In this document: in pieces, positions 26,366-36,329 of the stretch
Layout of the letters: each line of letters opens with the position of its first letter
Numbering within the stretch: the first letter of the stretch is position 1
From: Candidatus Brockarchaeota archaeon
Lineage (GTDB): Archaea > Thermoproteota > EX4484-205 > JAAOZP01
Length of the DNA stretch: 64,000 nucleotides
Direction of reading: 5' to 3'
Assembly: GCA_017601345.1 (NCBI GenBank)
Contig: JAFNIT010000001.1
Span: forward strand, 12,835-76,834
Notes under the pieces: model-generated
The model's input: only the letters and a program-made list of their open reading frames with translations
Database searches by the model: none
What the model was told of the DNA's origin: nothing
Position numbers and translations under genes: made by a program

Positions 26366-27345
26366 TTCCTAATCATCGCCCTTATTCTGCTCCCCACTAC
26401 TTCAATAAGATGATTTCTTTCCCTCTCCATCAGAGTTTTTAGTACAACCTGGTTAGAATTGTTCTCAAGAACCCATTCTCTAGCAAAGACTCCGGATTGA
26501 ATGTCTTCAAGAAGCTTCCTCATCTTCTTCTTAACATCTTCATCTATAAGGTACGGGCCGCGCGTTAACCCGCCGTACTTAGCGGTGTCGCTAACAGCCT
26601 GCCACATGCCGGATAGTCCTTTAGCCCATATTAAGTCGACGATTAGTTTAAGCTCGTTTAAAACCTCAAAGTAAGCAACCTCAGGTTGATACCCTGCTTC
26701 AACAAGTATTTCAAAACCGCTTTTTATAAGTGAAGACACCCCCCCGCATAAAACCGCTTGCTCGCCGAAAAGATCTGTTTCAACTTCTTCCTTGAAAGAG
26801 GATTCGATTAAACCAACCCTGCTTAAACCGATTGCCTTAGCTAATTCTCTGACTATCTTTGAAGCATTACCCGTGTAATCTTGATGCACTGCTATTAACC
26901 CGGGTACTCCAGTACCATGGACGTAAGCATCTCTCAAAGCAGGACCTGGAGCCTTAGGGGCTACAAGCACAACGTCCAGCCAAGTCGCAGGAACTATTTG
27001 TCTGTAATATATGTTGAATGCATGGGCAAACACGAGAGTAGAGCCCTTTAAAATGTTTGGTGCCACGTGCTCTTCGTAAACCTTAGGTTGAGCAGGGTCT
27101 GGGAGAAGCATCATTACAATATCGCCTTTCCTAACAGCTTCTCCTATCTCATAGACTTCGAAACCGTCTTCAACAGCCCTCTTCCAGGAGGCCCCGTCTT
27201 TTCTTAAACCAAGTATCGTCCTAATCCCACTATCCCTAATGTTCTTAGCTTGTGCTTCACCCTGTGAACCATATCCTATTACAGCAACAGTTTTATTTTT
27301 TATCAGTTCTATTGTTATATCATCATCCCTTATTATCCTAGCCAT
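26362..27345 (-). CDS. ilvC: Ketol-acid reductoisomerase
   Basis: N-terminal Rossmann VAVIGYGSQGEAQAKNIRDSG and a C-terminal KARI knotted domain. 327 aa. Confidence 0.9.
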   Translation of the reverse strand: MARIIRDDDITIELIKNKTVAVIGYGSQGEAQAKNIRDSGIRTILGLRKDGASWKRAVEDGFEVYEIGEAVRKGDIVMMLLPDPAQPKVYEEHVAPNILKGSTLVFAHAFNIYYRQIVPATWLDVVLVAPKAPGPALRDAYVHGTGVPGLIAVHQDYTGNASKIVRELAKAIGLSRVGLIESSFKEEVETDLFGEQAVLCGGVSSLIKSGFEILVEAGYQPEVAYFEVLNELKLIVDLIWAKGLSGMWQAVSDTAKYGGLTRGPYLIDEDVKKKMRKLLEDIQSGVFAREWVLENNSNQVVLKTLMERERNHLIEVVGSRIRAMIRK

Positions 27346-27380
27346 TTCAAATCACATAGTTGACGGATTTACTAATTCTT

Positions 27381-27887
27381 TTAAGCTTTTAACTTTCTGT
27401 AGTGGTTTAATGTATGAATCATCACTCCGCTCCGCGAAAAGCTTTCTATACGGTCTGAGAATTCCTCTTTAAACTCATTCACCATCCTAGGGTCTGCCAG
27501 TAACTCTACTAAAAGCCTTGACTCGCTTAACAAAGTTGTCCTAGCACGATACCTAATCCTGATATAGTCGCTAACGTTAGCATCACAATCCCTAAGAACA
27601 GCTACAAAAGCTTCTCTTACAACGTCTGATTCAAGCGATCCTATTTTAACCTCAAGCACACACGGGTTCTTCTCTAAAACCTTTACAATATTCTCAAACT
27701 TATCCTCGGGAAGATCGAATGTAAGGGAGATCTGAGAAGATTTTCCGTTTATCACTCCAACAGTGATAGTATCTATATTAATTCCTCTTCTTGCAAATAT
27801 CGATGAGATTCTTTCCATCACCCCCGGTATGTTAAGAACTCTGAGAACGATGAATCTCTTATTCTCATCTATAGCCATATTTTTCAC
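27381..27887 (-). CDS. ilvN: Acetolactate synthase small (regulatory) subunit
   Basis: ACT domain (FIVLRVLNIPGVMERISSIFARRGINI). 168 aa, immediately downstream of ilvB. Confidence 0.8.
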   Translation of the reverse strand: MKNMAIDENKRFIVLRVLNIPGVMERISSIFARRGINIDTITVGVINGKSSQISLTFDLPEDKFENIVKVLEKNPCVLEVKIGSLESDVVREAFVAVLRDCDANVSDYIRIRYRARTTLLSESRLLVELLADPRMVNEFKEEFSDRIESFSRSGVMIHTLNHYRKLKA

Positions 27888-29572
27888 CTCCCAGTTATGA
27901 CATGATCGAGCGTTGCTGCAGGCGGAACCATTGGAAACACGTTGTCCTCCCGCTCAACGATCACGTCTATTACAGTTGTCTCATTCTGTTTAACAGCTAT
28001 TTGTAAAGCTTCTTTAAGCTCGCCGACCCGTGATACTTTGAATGCTCTAGCACCAAATCCTTCTGAAACCTTTGCTATATCGGCCTTACCCTTAAGATCT
28101 ACAGCTATGTATCTCCTGTCATAGAACAATTCTTGCCATTGTCTAACCATTCCCAAGAAGTAATTGTTGAGAACAACCACTATGATGGGGAGGTTGTAGT
28201 CTACAGAAACCGGTAGCTGGTTACATGTCATGAAGAAGCTGCCATCGCCAGCAATGTCGAAAACTCTTTGTTCGCGGAAAGCAGCCTTAACGCCTATTGC
28301 TGCAGGAAGCCCGAAGCCCATTGTTCCAAGTCCCCCGGAGGATATGAATTGCCTTGGGCGTTTCGCTAAGAAATGTAGAGAGGCATACATTTGGCACTGG
28401 CCGACTTCAGTAGTTACAAAGTCGCTGGGAGTAACGTAATCGTTTAGAACTCTGACGACAGTACTCGGTTTTATTGGCACAGCATCGTAATCATAAAGGA
28501 ACTCAGACTCCTTTTTAAGCTGTTTGAGTTTCTCACCCCATCTCCCAGCCTTACCTTTTTGAACCATCTTTACCAGGTTTGAGTAAAGCTTGCTCAAAAC
28601 GTATTTTGCATCTCCCACTATACCGATATCTGGCTTGAGGAGTTTCCCTATTTCAGACCTATCTATGTCGATATGTATTTTCTTAGCTCCTGGAGCAAAA
28701 CCACTTAACTTACCTGTGGTCCTATCGCTAAATCTTGCACCCACAGCGATGAGAACATCGCTTTCTTGAACAGCTCTTATCGCACTCAGTTTACCATGCA
28801 TGCCTACACAACCCAGTGAAAGAGGATGGTCCTCCGGAATACTGCCTTTCCCCATTAGAGTAGTCACCACTGGAGCGTTTAGCAACTCTGCTAAAGCAAC
28901 GAGTTCGCTGGAGGCTCCTGACATTATTACTCCGCCGCCAGCAAGTATAACAGGCCTTTCCCCGTCTGCGATCATTCTCGATGCTAGAAATATTTCCTCG
29001 TCGGACGGTATTGGAGGATTATATGAATACGAGAAGATATTGTTCTTCGGATCACCCTCCATTAGTTGAACATCTCTCGGAATATCGATATGCACTGGGC
29101 CAGGCCTTCCGGAAAGTGCTATTTTGAAAGCATTTTCTAGAGCGGAATTCAATTCCTCCAGGTTTCTCGGCAGAAAGTTCATCTTAGTCAGCCCTATCAT
29201 CATGGAGAAGATATTAGCCTCCTGGAAAGCATCGTAGCCTATTAAGAATGTTGGCACTTGGCCAGCCATACTTATCACTGGAGAGGAGTCTAAGTATGCG
29301 TTTGCAATGCCAGTGGCCAGGTTAGTGGCACCTGGGCCAGATGTTACTATTACAACACCAGCTTTTCCAGTCGCCCTGGCATACCCATCAGCCATGTGGG
29401 TAGCGCCCTGCTCATGCCTCGTTAGAATAAACTCTATGTCGCCAGCCTTGTATAGCTCGTCGAACAGTGGAAGAACTGCTCCTCCAGGTATTCCAAATAC
29501 CGTCTTAACCCTATTCTCCCTAAGCTTATCAACTATTAGTCTAGCTCCTGAAACCATTGAAAACACCTCCAT
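27884..29572 (-). CDS. ilvB: Acetolactate synthase large subunit (ThDP-dependent)
   Basis: ThDP-enzyme N-terminal, central and C-terminal domains with the GDG...NN ThDP-binding motif (IAGDGSFFMTCNQ...VLNN). 562 aa. Confidence 0.9.
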   Translation of the reverse strand: MEVFSMVSGARLIVDKLRENRVKTVFGIPGGAVLPLFDELYKAGDIEFILTRHEQGATHMADGYARATGKAGVVIVTSGPGATNLATGIANAYLDSSPVISMAGQVPTFLIGYDAFQEANIFSMMIGLTKMNFLPRNLEELNSALENAFKIALSGRPGPVHIDIPRDVQLMEGDPKNNIFSYSYNPPIPSDEEIFLASRMIADGERPVILAGGGVIMSGASSELVALAELLNAPVVTTLMGKGSIPEDHPLSLGCVGMHGKLSAIRAVQESDVLIAVGARFSDRTTGKLSGFAPGAKKIHIDIDRSEIGKLLKPDIGIVGDAKYVLSKLYSNLVKMVQKGKAGRWGEKLKQLKKESEFLYDYDAVPIKPSTVVRVLNDYVTPSDFVTTEVGQCQMYASLHFLAKRPRQFISSGGLGTMGFGLPAAIGVKAAFREQRVFDIAGDGSFFMTCNQLPVSVDYNLPIIVVVLNNYFLGMVRQWQELFYDRRYIAVDLKGKADIAKVSEGFGARAFKVSRVGELKEALQIAVKQNETTVIDVIVEREDNVFPMVPPAATLDHVITGR

Positions 29573-29745
29573 GAAGAATTGTAGCTATGATCGCTAAAGG
29601 AGGTAGGGCTCTTAGGGCGTAAGCAGTTGGCGGACGGGATCTCGCCCCCTTGGAGCATTATTCTTCGGGTACACTCACTGCACCTCCTGAGCAGAAGCCC
29701 TCACGCATAGGGGCTATATTAATTTTTCCCCGATTAATTGGGCAG

Positions 29746-30462
29746 CTAATAACCGTCTACGCGAATGCTTTTAGCAGCATTAGAGTTTACGTATACTGCT
29801 ATAGCGTAGAACACTATAGATAGAACAGAAGCAACCAGGAAAACCGGCTCAGTAAGGTTGTTTACTCCACCATTTTCTAGCGAAGGCGTTGGCCAAGGCA
29901 CTAGGGGGAGAAGGGGAATAGGTGATGAAAGATGTTTGTTGAATACGAAGAAAATAATCGTGTTGAAGATAGACACGCATAGAAAAGACGCTGTTGAATC
30001 CGCTAGCTTACTAAACGCTTCCTTTGAGAAAATACTCCCTATGGAGAGAGAGAGAAGCCAGTTAACATGTGTAGCGATCATAAAAAATAGTAGGGAGGGC
30101 ATTTGAACATACTGGAGTGATAAGTATGGCAGGATGAAAACCAGCGTCTTAAACTCCAGTAAAACCAACGAGGCAACTGAGTGTACCAGAAAAGGGGTTT
30201 GAGAAGAATAGCTAGTATAAATCTTAATTTTAATACCTTTGTTTAAGAACCATTCACGCCATATTTCGAGTTCGAAGTACGTAGAGTAGAGGATGAGCAT
30301 TAACCATATGACTGGTAACAATTTGTCTAGAACTGCTAGATCGCTAAAAATACTTCCGACGATTTTTAGCACCGCGATTACAACGACTGAAACAAGCTCT
30401 AGGCTTATGAAGAGCGGCGAAGTAAAGAAGAGCTTTAACTCCTGGGAGAACAGGCTCGCCAA
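29746..30462 (-). CDS. ABC-2-type permease (polytopic membrane protein)
   Basis: Six hydrophobic helices. Immediately downstream of the ABC-like NBD gene in the same orientation. Confidence 0.5.
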   Translation of the reverse strand: MASLFSQELKLFFTSPLFISLELVSVVVIAVLKIVGSIFSDLAVLDKLLPVIWLMLILYSTYFELEIWREWFLNKGIKIKIYTSYSSQTPFLVHSVASLVLLEFKTLVFILPYLSLQYVQMPSLLFFMIATHVNWLLSLSIGSIFSKEAFSKLADSTASFLCVSIFNTIIFFVFNKHLSSPIPLLPLVPWPTPSLENGGVNNLTEPVFLVASVLSIVFYAIAVYVNSNAAKSIRVDGY

Positions 30463-30467
30463 CCTTG

Positions 30468-31406
30468 TTAAACCTCCATAAACCTGTTCGCAGACTCAAG
30501 CAGGTGCTGCCTACTGCTTATTATCTTGTCCACTACAGCACCTTTTTTAACAAGCAGATCCAGAAGACCCTGTATCTTCTCTGGAGCATTATCCAGTTCT
30601 ATAACCGCCTCGTTCTCCCCGGTAGCATACCAGCTTACGCCCATTTTCTCAAGAGCATCAATATTAGCCTCTATATTAAATTTTGAAACGTGGAAGGAAA
30701 GTATTCCGGGGCCCCCAACGCCTGTGACAAAGCTTTCAACATGATCCATAGCGGTCTGCTGTCCATTGTGTAAAATCACGATTCTGTCGCATACTTCGTC
30801 GAGCAATAGCGGAGTCGTTGAGAAGATTACCATGGATTTCCCTAAGTCTATGGAAGTCCTTATGAAATTCCTCATTAACACTGCAACATCAAAGGGAATT
30901 CCTCTAAAAGGATCGTACAATAACACTACGGCTGGGTCGTGTATGAAGGTCGATGCGAAGCATAGCTTCCTTCTCAATGATAGGGGGAGCCTAAACCATT
31001 TTACCGGAGCCAAGTCGGATGCTTCGAACAATGACAGTATTTCCTTCGCCCTGGCTAGGGATTTTTCCTTGGGCAAGCCGTGCATGGAGGCTGAGAGAAG
31101 TAGATTATCCAATACCGTGGAGTTTCCAAGTAGGTCCATCTGACAGGAGTAGAAACCGATTCTTTTAATCAAATCCTTCCTCCGGATCACCGGATTGTTG
31201 AAGTATATTATGGTGCCTGATGTCGGCTTCTCTAAGAGAAGAAGGATTCGGAACAAGTGGTCAACGGGCTCGATCCTGTTGGAGACTACTCCAAGTATTT
31301 CAGAATGGTCTAGAACAAAGCTGATGTTTGAAAGCAGGAAATGATCTCCCCTTTTTAAACTTAAATCCGAAACTCTGAGTGGGGCACCAGTGGGTTCTAG
31401 ACTCAA
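30468..31406 (-). CDS. ABC-transporter NBD-like protein with degenerate catalytic motifs (probable pseudo-ATPase)
   Basis: ABC fold is recognisable, but Walker A is VVSNRIEPV (no GxxGxGK[ST]), the signature is LSLRR (not LSGGQ), Walker B is VLLYDPF (no D-E) and the H-loop is STT. A ~90-aa C-terminal domain follows. Confidence 0.7.
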   Translation of the reverse strand: MSLEPTGAPLRVSDLSLKRGDHFLLSNISFVLDHSEILGVVSNRIEPVDHLFRILLLLEKPTSGTIIYFNNPVIRRKDLIKRIGFYSCQMDLLGNSTVLDNLLLSASMHGLPKEKSLARAKEILSLFEASDLAPVKWFRLPLSLRRKLCFASTFIHDPAVVLLYDPFRGIPFDVAVLMRNFIRTSIDLGKSMVIFSTTPLLLDEVCDRIVILHNGQQTAMDHVESFVTGVGGPGILSFHVSKFNIEANIDALEKMGVSWYATGENEAVIELDNAPEKIQGLLDLLVKKGAVVDKIISSRQHLLESANRFMEV

Positions 31407-31726
31407 TATTCAAACCCCCTGTAGAAGAATGGTGGAAGCTCATAACTCAAGATCTCGGGAATCATGGTCCCAAAGGCCAGAGAATTCATCGCCTTCCACC
31501 ACATTAAAGTGGTTTTGAAAGGGGTGTTTTTAAGCTTTCCCTCTGGGAAAAACAGTTGTACCTACTCGAAAGCCCCTTTAAGTAAAGAATTCTCTTTCAA
31601 ATAGTGAAAACGCGGAGGAAGCCTTTTATCCGCATTGTTTTTAGTCTAGAAATATAAGAGAGTAAAGAAGCAGACATAATTCGCTGTAAAATTTTTATTC
31701 ACCATTTTACACATTAACTTGGATAA

Positions 31727-31817
31727 GCGGCGCTGGTCTAGCCTGGTAGGACAGGCCTACTTTCCTAAAACCAGCCCCCCAAGCTGGGAATCCCGGGTTC
31801 AAATCCCGGGCGCCGCA
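31727..31817 (+). tRNA. tRNA-Gly(CCC) with a 17-nt non-canonical intron between positions 26/27
   Basis: Acceptor GCGGCGC/GCGCCGC plus A73. D-stem GTCT/GGAC. Intron GGCCTACTTTCCTAAAA at 31754-31770. Anticodon stem CCAGC/GCTGG with loop CCCCCAA (anticodon CCC; C at position 33 is unusual). T-arm identical to tRNA-Gly(TCC). TATA-like ATTTTTATTC ~25 bp upstream. ORF 31719..31955 is spurious. Confidence 0.7.
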
Positions 31818-32032
31818 TCCAATGTCATTAAAGATCTAAAATTGATCAAACAATTAGAACAGGAGACGCTGTCAATTGTTTTTACTCAATCAATTTTATT
31901 TGACCTTCCCCCCGAAGCCAAGAACTTAGAAAGGCTTCTTAAGTATGAAGAGTGAGATAAGAATTCTCTTTAAATAATTTTGAAAGCCCTATTGGAAAAA
32001 AGAAAAGAAAGATGAAAGCTGGGATTAAAGAC

Positions 32033-33688
32033 TTAGTCTAGTTCTCCTCCGCCTGCTCCCTCAGAGGGCGGAGACGGGGGCTTCTCCTTCTCCTTAAGCT
32101 TGCCTGCAGCAATCACATCGTCTATTCTCAGAATCATGCTGGCGGCTTCGCTAGCGGATTTTATTACCTGCTCTTTTACCAGAAGAGGCTCTATGATCTT
32201 ATTAGCCCAGCTGTCAGCAGTTTTCTTAGCGTACACGTCGATTCCATACCACCTGTTGCCACCCTCATGATTCTTCCTCAATTCGGCGACTATGTCTATC
32301 GGATCCATACCAGCGTTTTCTGCAAGCGCCGACGGTATTGACTCCAATGCGTCTGCAAACCTTAATACTGCAAGCTGCTCCTTGCCAGCTATCGTCTCAG
32401 CCTTCTTCCTAATTCTCATCGCCACCTCTATCTCCGGAGCCCCTGCCCCAGCAACGATGTACGGGTAGGTGACAACATCCTTTACAACGCAGAGAGCATC
32501 GTGCAGAGCCCTATCGGCCTCGTCAATCATTTTCTCCGTCCCGCCTCTTATGAGTATGGTTACAGACCTCGGATCCTTACACTGCTCTATGAATACCCAT
32601 TTATCTTCTCCGACTTTCCTCTCCTCCACTAAGCCAGCGTAGCCAAGGTCTTCCTTGGATAGCTCGTTAACGCTGGTGACGATTCTTGCTCCGGTCGCCT
32701 TTGAAGCCTTTTCTATGTCGGATTCTTTAACCCTCCGGACTGCGAGTATTCCTGCTTTAGCAAGATAGTGCTGCGCAATATCGTCAATACCCTTCTGACA
32801 GAGCACTACGTTAGCACCGGCTTCAACAATCTTATCAACCATGCCCTTAAGAATCTTCTGCTCCTCGTCTAAGAAGGCCTTAATCTGCTCAGGGCTTTCA
32901 ATGCTTATCTTAGCATCGAACTCAGTCTTCTCTATCTCGAGCGGACTGTTCAGAATAGCTATTTTGGCGTTAACCACTTTCTTAGGCATACCTGAATGGA
33001 CAACTTCCTTGTCTAAAACAATGCCTTTAATCAGCTTGGTCTCCATGACTGAGCCACCCGCTTTCTTCTCGACTTTAACATCGTCGATTCTAACGCTGTA
33101 CTTGCCGTTCTCCTCCCTAGCAACGTTCAAAATTGCCTCCACCGCTATGTTTGCAAGCTGCTCAGCATAGTCTCTAACAACCTTGCTCGTTAAAGCAGTC
33201 ATGGCTATTAGTTTAAGAACCTCCCTGTCAGTAGGCTTAACCTCCTGGGCAATCTCCTTCAGGAAGGAAAGGGCCATGGTAGTAGCCTTCCTGTAACCGT
33301 CAACTATGATGGTCGGGTGGACATCCATGTCGAGAAGCTCCTCAGCCTTCTTCAGAAGCTCTCCAGCGAGTACAACAGCAGACGTAGTCCCGTCGCCAGC
33401 CTCCACGTCGGTGCTCTTCGCCACCTCAACCATCATTTTTGCAGCAGGGTGCTCAATCTCCATCTCTTTCAAAATGGTTGCACCATCGTTGGTTATCGTA
33501 ACGTCGCCAAGAGAGTCTACAAGCATCTTATCCATGCCTCTTGGACCCAGCGAAGAACGGACTATTTCGGACAGTGCTATTGCAGCATTCAGATTGTTTC
33601 TTTGCGCTTCTCTGCCCCTCGTCCTCGTACTGCCCTCTTTGAGTATGAGAACAGGCGTTCCTCCCACTGTTGCGGGTATAGCAGCCAT
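32033..33688 (-). CDS. ths: Thermosome subunit (group II chaperonin, CCT/TCP-1 family)
   Basis: [24 protein letters not shown] motifs and a C-terminal Gly-rich tail. 551 aa. The antisense ORFs are spurious. Confidence 0.95.
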   Translation of the reverse strand: MAAIPATVGGTPVLILKEGSTRTRGREAQRNNLNAAIALSEIVRSSLGPRGMDKMLVDSLGDVTITNDGATILKEMEIEHPAAKMMVEVAKSTDVEAGDGTTSAVVLAGELLKKAEELLDMDVHPTIIVDGYRKATTMALSFLKEIAQEVKPTDREVLKLIAMTALTSKVVRDYAEQLANIAVEAILNVAREENGKYSVRIDDVKVEKKAGGSVMETKLIKGIVLDKEVVHSGMPKKVVNAKIAILNSPLEIEKTEFDAKISIESPEQIKAFLDEEQKILKGMVDKIVEAGANVVLCQKGIDDIAQHYLAKAGILAVRRVKESDIEKASKATGARIVTSVNELSKEDLGYAGLVEERKVGEDKWVFIEQCKDPRSVTILIRGGTEKMIDEADRALHDALCVVKDVVTYPYIVAGAGAPEIEVAMRIRKKAETIAGKEQLAVLRFADALESIPSALAENAGMDPIDIVAELRKNHEGGNRWYGIDVYAKKTADSWANKIIEPLLVKEQVIKSASEAASMILRIDDVIAAGKLKEKEKPPSPPSEGAGGGELD

Positions 33689-33726
33689 TCTAATATCACC
33701 TCGGAAACCTCTTTTGAAGATAGGGG

Positions 33727-33734
33727 TATAAAAA
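33727..33734 (-). promoter_or_regulatory. TATA-like box upstream of the thermosome gene
   Basis: TTTTTATAC (minus orientation) lies ~40 bp upstream of ATG 33688. Confidence 0.3.
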
Positions 33735-33795
33735 CTTTAATCTACAACTTGATTAAGGAAAACTTTAAGACAGACCTAAAGTAAACTTAGGGAAA

Positions 33796-34125
33796 ATGAG
33801 TCCTACACTAATCTGCCCCTGCGGCAGGAAGATAGAGAACGCTTCTGAATTCAAGCTTCTCTACCTCAAGAAGGAGCTTAACGAAATAGACATTTTATGT
33901 CCCAACGACAACTGTTACCTGAGAGAAGTAGGCTATATAAAGTTTGAAATAGTGGAGGGAAAGCCTAAGTTCAAGGAGGCAAGCTTCTACCCTCCGTTCG
34001 TGACTTGGAATGCTAGCCAACTGGGTAGGGAGAAAGCATTGGATGAGCTTAAGAAAGTTCTTAAAGACCTTGTGAACAGGATAGACTGGAGCCTTATTAA
34101 GGCGCCTGTTGAAAGCAAAACCTAG
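33796..34125 (+). CDS. Small hypothetical protein with Cys4 cluster (CPCG...CPNDNC)
   Basis: 109 aa with two CxxC-like pairs near the N-terminus. No recognisable family. Confidence 0.45.
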   Translation: MSPTLICPCGRKIENASEFKLLYLKKELNEIDILCPNDNCYLREVGYIKFEIVEGKPKFKEASFYPPFVTWNASQLGREKALDELKKVLKDLVNRIDWSLIKAPVESKT

Positions 34126-34129
34126 TCCA

Positions 34130-36316
34130 CTACTCTATTAGATCCTCTACCCTCGGAATCTCCGCTGGAAGCCCCTTCCTCTTCCTTATTTCAGCAACCA
34201 CAGTGTTAAAAAGCTGGCTCGGAACAGGCTCCCACCTGGCGAAGCTAGTATCCCAGAAAACCCTGCCTCCGGTAGCACTCCTCAAATCCTCAGACAGGGT
34301 GAAGCTCTCCGCTGCAGGAAGCTCTCCGACGATGAAAGTCATTAACCCTTTCTGCTCTATGCTCAGGATCTTGCCCCTAATACGACTCAGAACCCTCGTG
34401 ACGTTTCCAACCTGATCCATGCTCGTCCTCGCATCTATTCTGAGAATGGGCTCCAAGATAACTGGGTCTGCGAGAAGAATAGAGGCGTGAGTAGCCCTCC
34501 TCACGGCCGGAATAATCTGAGCGGGACCGTGGTGAGCAGGGTCCTCGTGAATAGTAGCGTCTAGAAGCTTAACCTTAACACCTCTAACAGGCTCCCTCGC
34601 CAGAATACCCTCGTTCATGGCTTCGATGAAGCCCATCCTAATGCTGCCAGAAACCTGCTCCAGCCTCTGAACACCTTTAGTCGCGTCGACAAGTATGCTG
34701 AAGCTCTCGCTAATAGCTTGGACACCCCTAGCCTCGTCAGCAGGCCAGCCGCACTCCCTAAGCATTCTAGCAACCTCCCTTCTATCAGTGAACTCCGTTA
34801 TCCTACCTGTTGCAATAAGCTCTATAACCTTCGGCTCAAGAGGCTCAACCTCTATCAACACTTTGTTATGCCCATTTGGAGACCTAACCAGCACAGGGCT
34901 GCCCTTCCTTCTAATGCTCTCCCTGTAAATAACTATCGGACGTGAAGTAGTTATCTGAATACCAGCCTCTTGAATAAAGGTGGTGGCAACCTCAAGATGG
35001 AGCTGGCCCATGCCTGAGAGAAGATACTCGCCAGTCTGTTCGTTAATAGTCACCTTGAGATTAGGATCCTCAATGCTAAGCCTATGCATCACGTTAACCA
35101 GCTCAGGGAGCTGAGCAGGATTCTTAGGCTCAATGGAAATCGTCATAACAGGCTCGGAAACATACCTGATGCTCTCAAAGGGTACAAGGTCCTGCATTGT
35201 CGAAATAGTCTCCCCCGCCCTCGCAGCATCCAAGCCCAGTAGAGCAGGAATATTACCCGCGGACATAGCTCCCACGACCTCCCTGTGCGGACCCATGTAG
35301 AGGCAAACCTGCTGAACCCTACCCTTAGACCTAGAGTTGATAAGATAAACCTCCTGACCCTCGTAAACCGTCCCTGAAAATAGTCTTCCAGTAGCCACGA
35401 CACCAGCCTGAGGATCAACCCTAATATGAGAAGCAGCCATCACGACCGGGCCACTGGGATCACACTTCAACATCGCCTTCCCCACATCACTATCTAAATC
35501 ACCCCTCCAGATCTTCGGAATCCTATAGGCCTGAGCAACCGAAGGAGGAGGAAGGAATTTGATAACCATGTCGAGAACAGCATCGTGCAGAGGAAGAGAC
35601 TTAGTAAGCTCAGACTGTCTGCCCTTTTCGTATGTGGAAACAATATCGCTGAACTTCAAACCAGCCTTCTGCATTCTAGGGATAGTAAAGCCCCATCTGT
35701 CCTTAGCACTCCCGAAGGCAACCATACCCTTCAAAGGATCAACACGCCACTGAGACCTAAACTCCTCAGGACCATAAAGCTCAATAAGCCTATTAAAATC
35801 AGCAATAATCTTCAGAAGAGTCTTCTCAACCTCCTGCGGAGTAAGCTTAAGCTCACGAATCAAACGGTCAACCTTATTGATGAAGAGAACAGGACGAACA
35901 TACTCCTCCAAAGCCTGACGAGTAACAGTCTCGGTCTGAACCAAAACACCCTCAACACTATCAACCACAATAACAGCACCATCAATAGCACGCAGACTAC
36001 GAGTCACATTCCCCGTGAAATCTATGTGACCAGGAGTGTCAATCAGGTTGACGATATAGGATTTTCCATCTATCTCATGATATAATGATACATTTGCAGC
36101 CTTGTATGTGAACTGTCTCTCCTGCTCAATCTTAAGGTAGTCTAACGCGAGTGCTTCGCCCGCAACCGTCGGCGATAATAATCCTGAAGCTGCAAGCAGA
36201 GAATCTGATAATGTGGTTTTCCCATGATCGACGTGGGCGCAGATAGAAATATTTCTAATATTCTCTAGGTTTTTCGAAAGCCTCAATACCTCTTCCGTCG
36301 TCTTGTATCTTGGCAA
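34130..36316 (-). CDS. fusA: Translation elongation factor 2 (aEF-2)
   Basis: G-domain AHVDHGKTTLSDSLL, DTPGHIDF, NKVDR. Domains II-V and the diphthamide-region His loop. 728 aa. Confidence 0.95.
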   Translation of the reverse strand: MPRYKTTEEVLRLSKNLENIRNISICAHVDHGKTTLSDSLLAASGLLSPTVAGEALALDYLKIEQERQFTYKAANVSLYHEIDGKSYIVNLIDTPGHIDFTGNVTRSLRAIDGAVIVVDSVEGVLVQTETVTRQALEEYVRPVLFINKVDRLIRELKLTPQEVEKTLLKIIADFNRLIELYGPEEFRSQWRVDPLKGMVAFGSAKDRWGFTIPRMQKAGLKFSDIVSTYEKGRQSELTKSLPLHDAVLDMVIKFLPPPSVAQAYRIPKIWRGDLDSDVGKAMLKCDPSGPVVMAASHIRVDPQAGVVATGRLFSGTVYEGQEVYLINSRSKGRVQQVCLYMGPHREVVGAMSAGNIPALLGLDAARAGETISTMQDLVPFESIRYVSEPVMTISIEPKNPAQLPELVNVMHRLSIEDPNLKVTINEQTGEYLLSGMGQLHLEVATTFIQEAGIQITTSRPIVIYRESIRRKGSPVLVRSPNGHNKVLIEVEPLEPKVIELIATGRITEFTDRREVARMLRECGWPADEARGVQAISESFSILVDATKGVQRLEQVSGSIRMGFIEAMNEGILAREPVRGVKVKLLDATIHEDPAHHGPAQIIPAVRRATHASILLADPVILEPILRIDARTSMDQVGNVTRVLSRIRGKILSIEQKGLMTFIVGELPAAESFTLSEDLRSATGGRVFWDTSFARWEPVPSQLFNTVVAEIRKRKGLPAEIPRVEDLIE

Positions 36317-36329
36317 TTCTAGTCACACC

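Noticed and set aside
29600-29705. C/D-box sRNA in the GC-rich ilvB upstream region
   Set aside because: No RUGAUGA/CUGA box pairs were found on either strand.
31719-31955. 78-aa ORF on plus strand
   Set aside because: It completely overlaps the tRNA-Gly(CCC) gene on the same strand; the tRNA structure is far better supported.
33306-33784. 141-aa and 155-aa plus-strand ORFs
   Set aside because: They lie antisense to the thermosome gene, with Ser/Ala-rich low-complexity translations typical of reverse frames of GC-biased coding sequence.
35585-36085. 166-aa plus-strand ORF
   Set aside because: It lies antisense within aEF-2, with a low-complexity Asn/Leu-rich translation.
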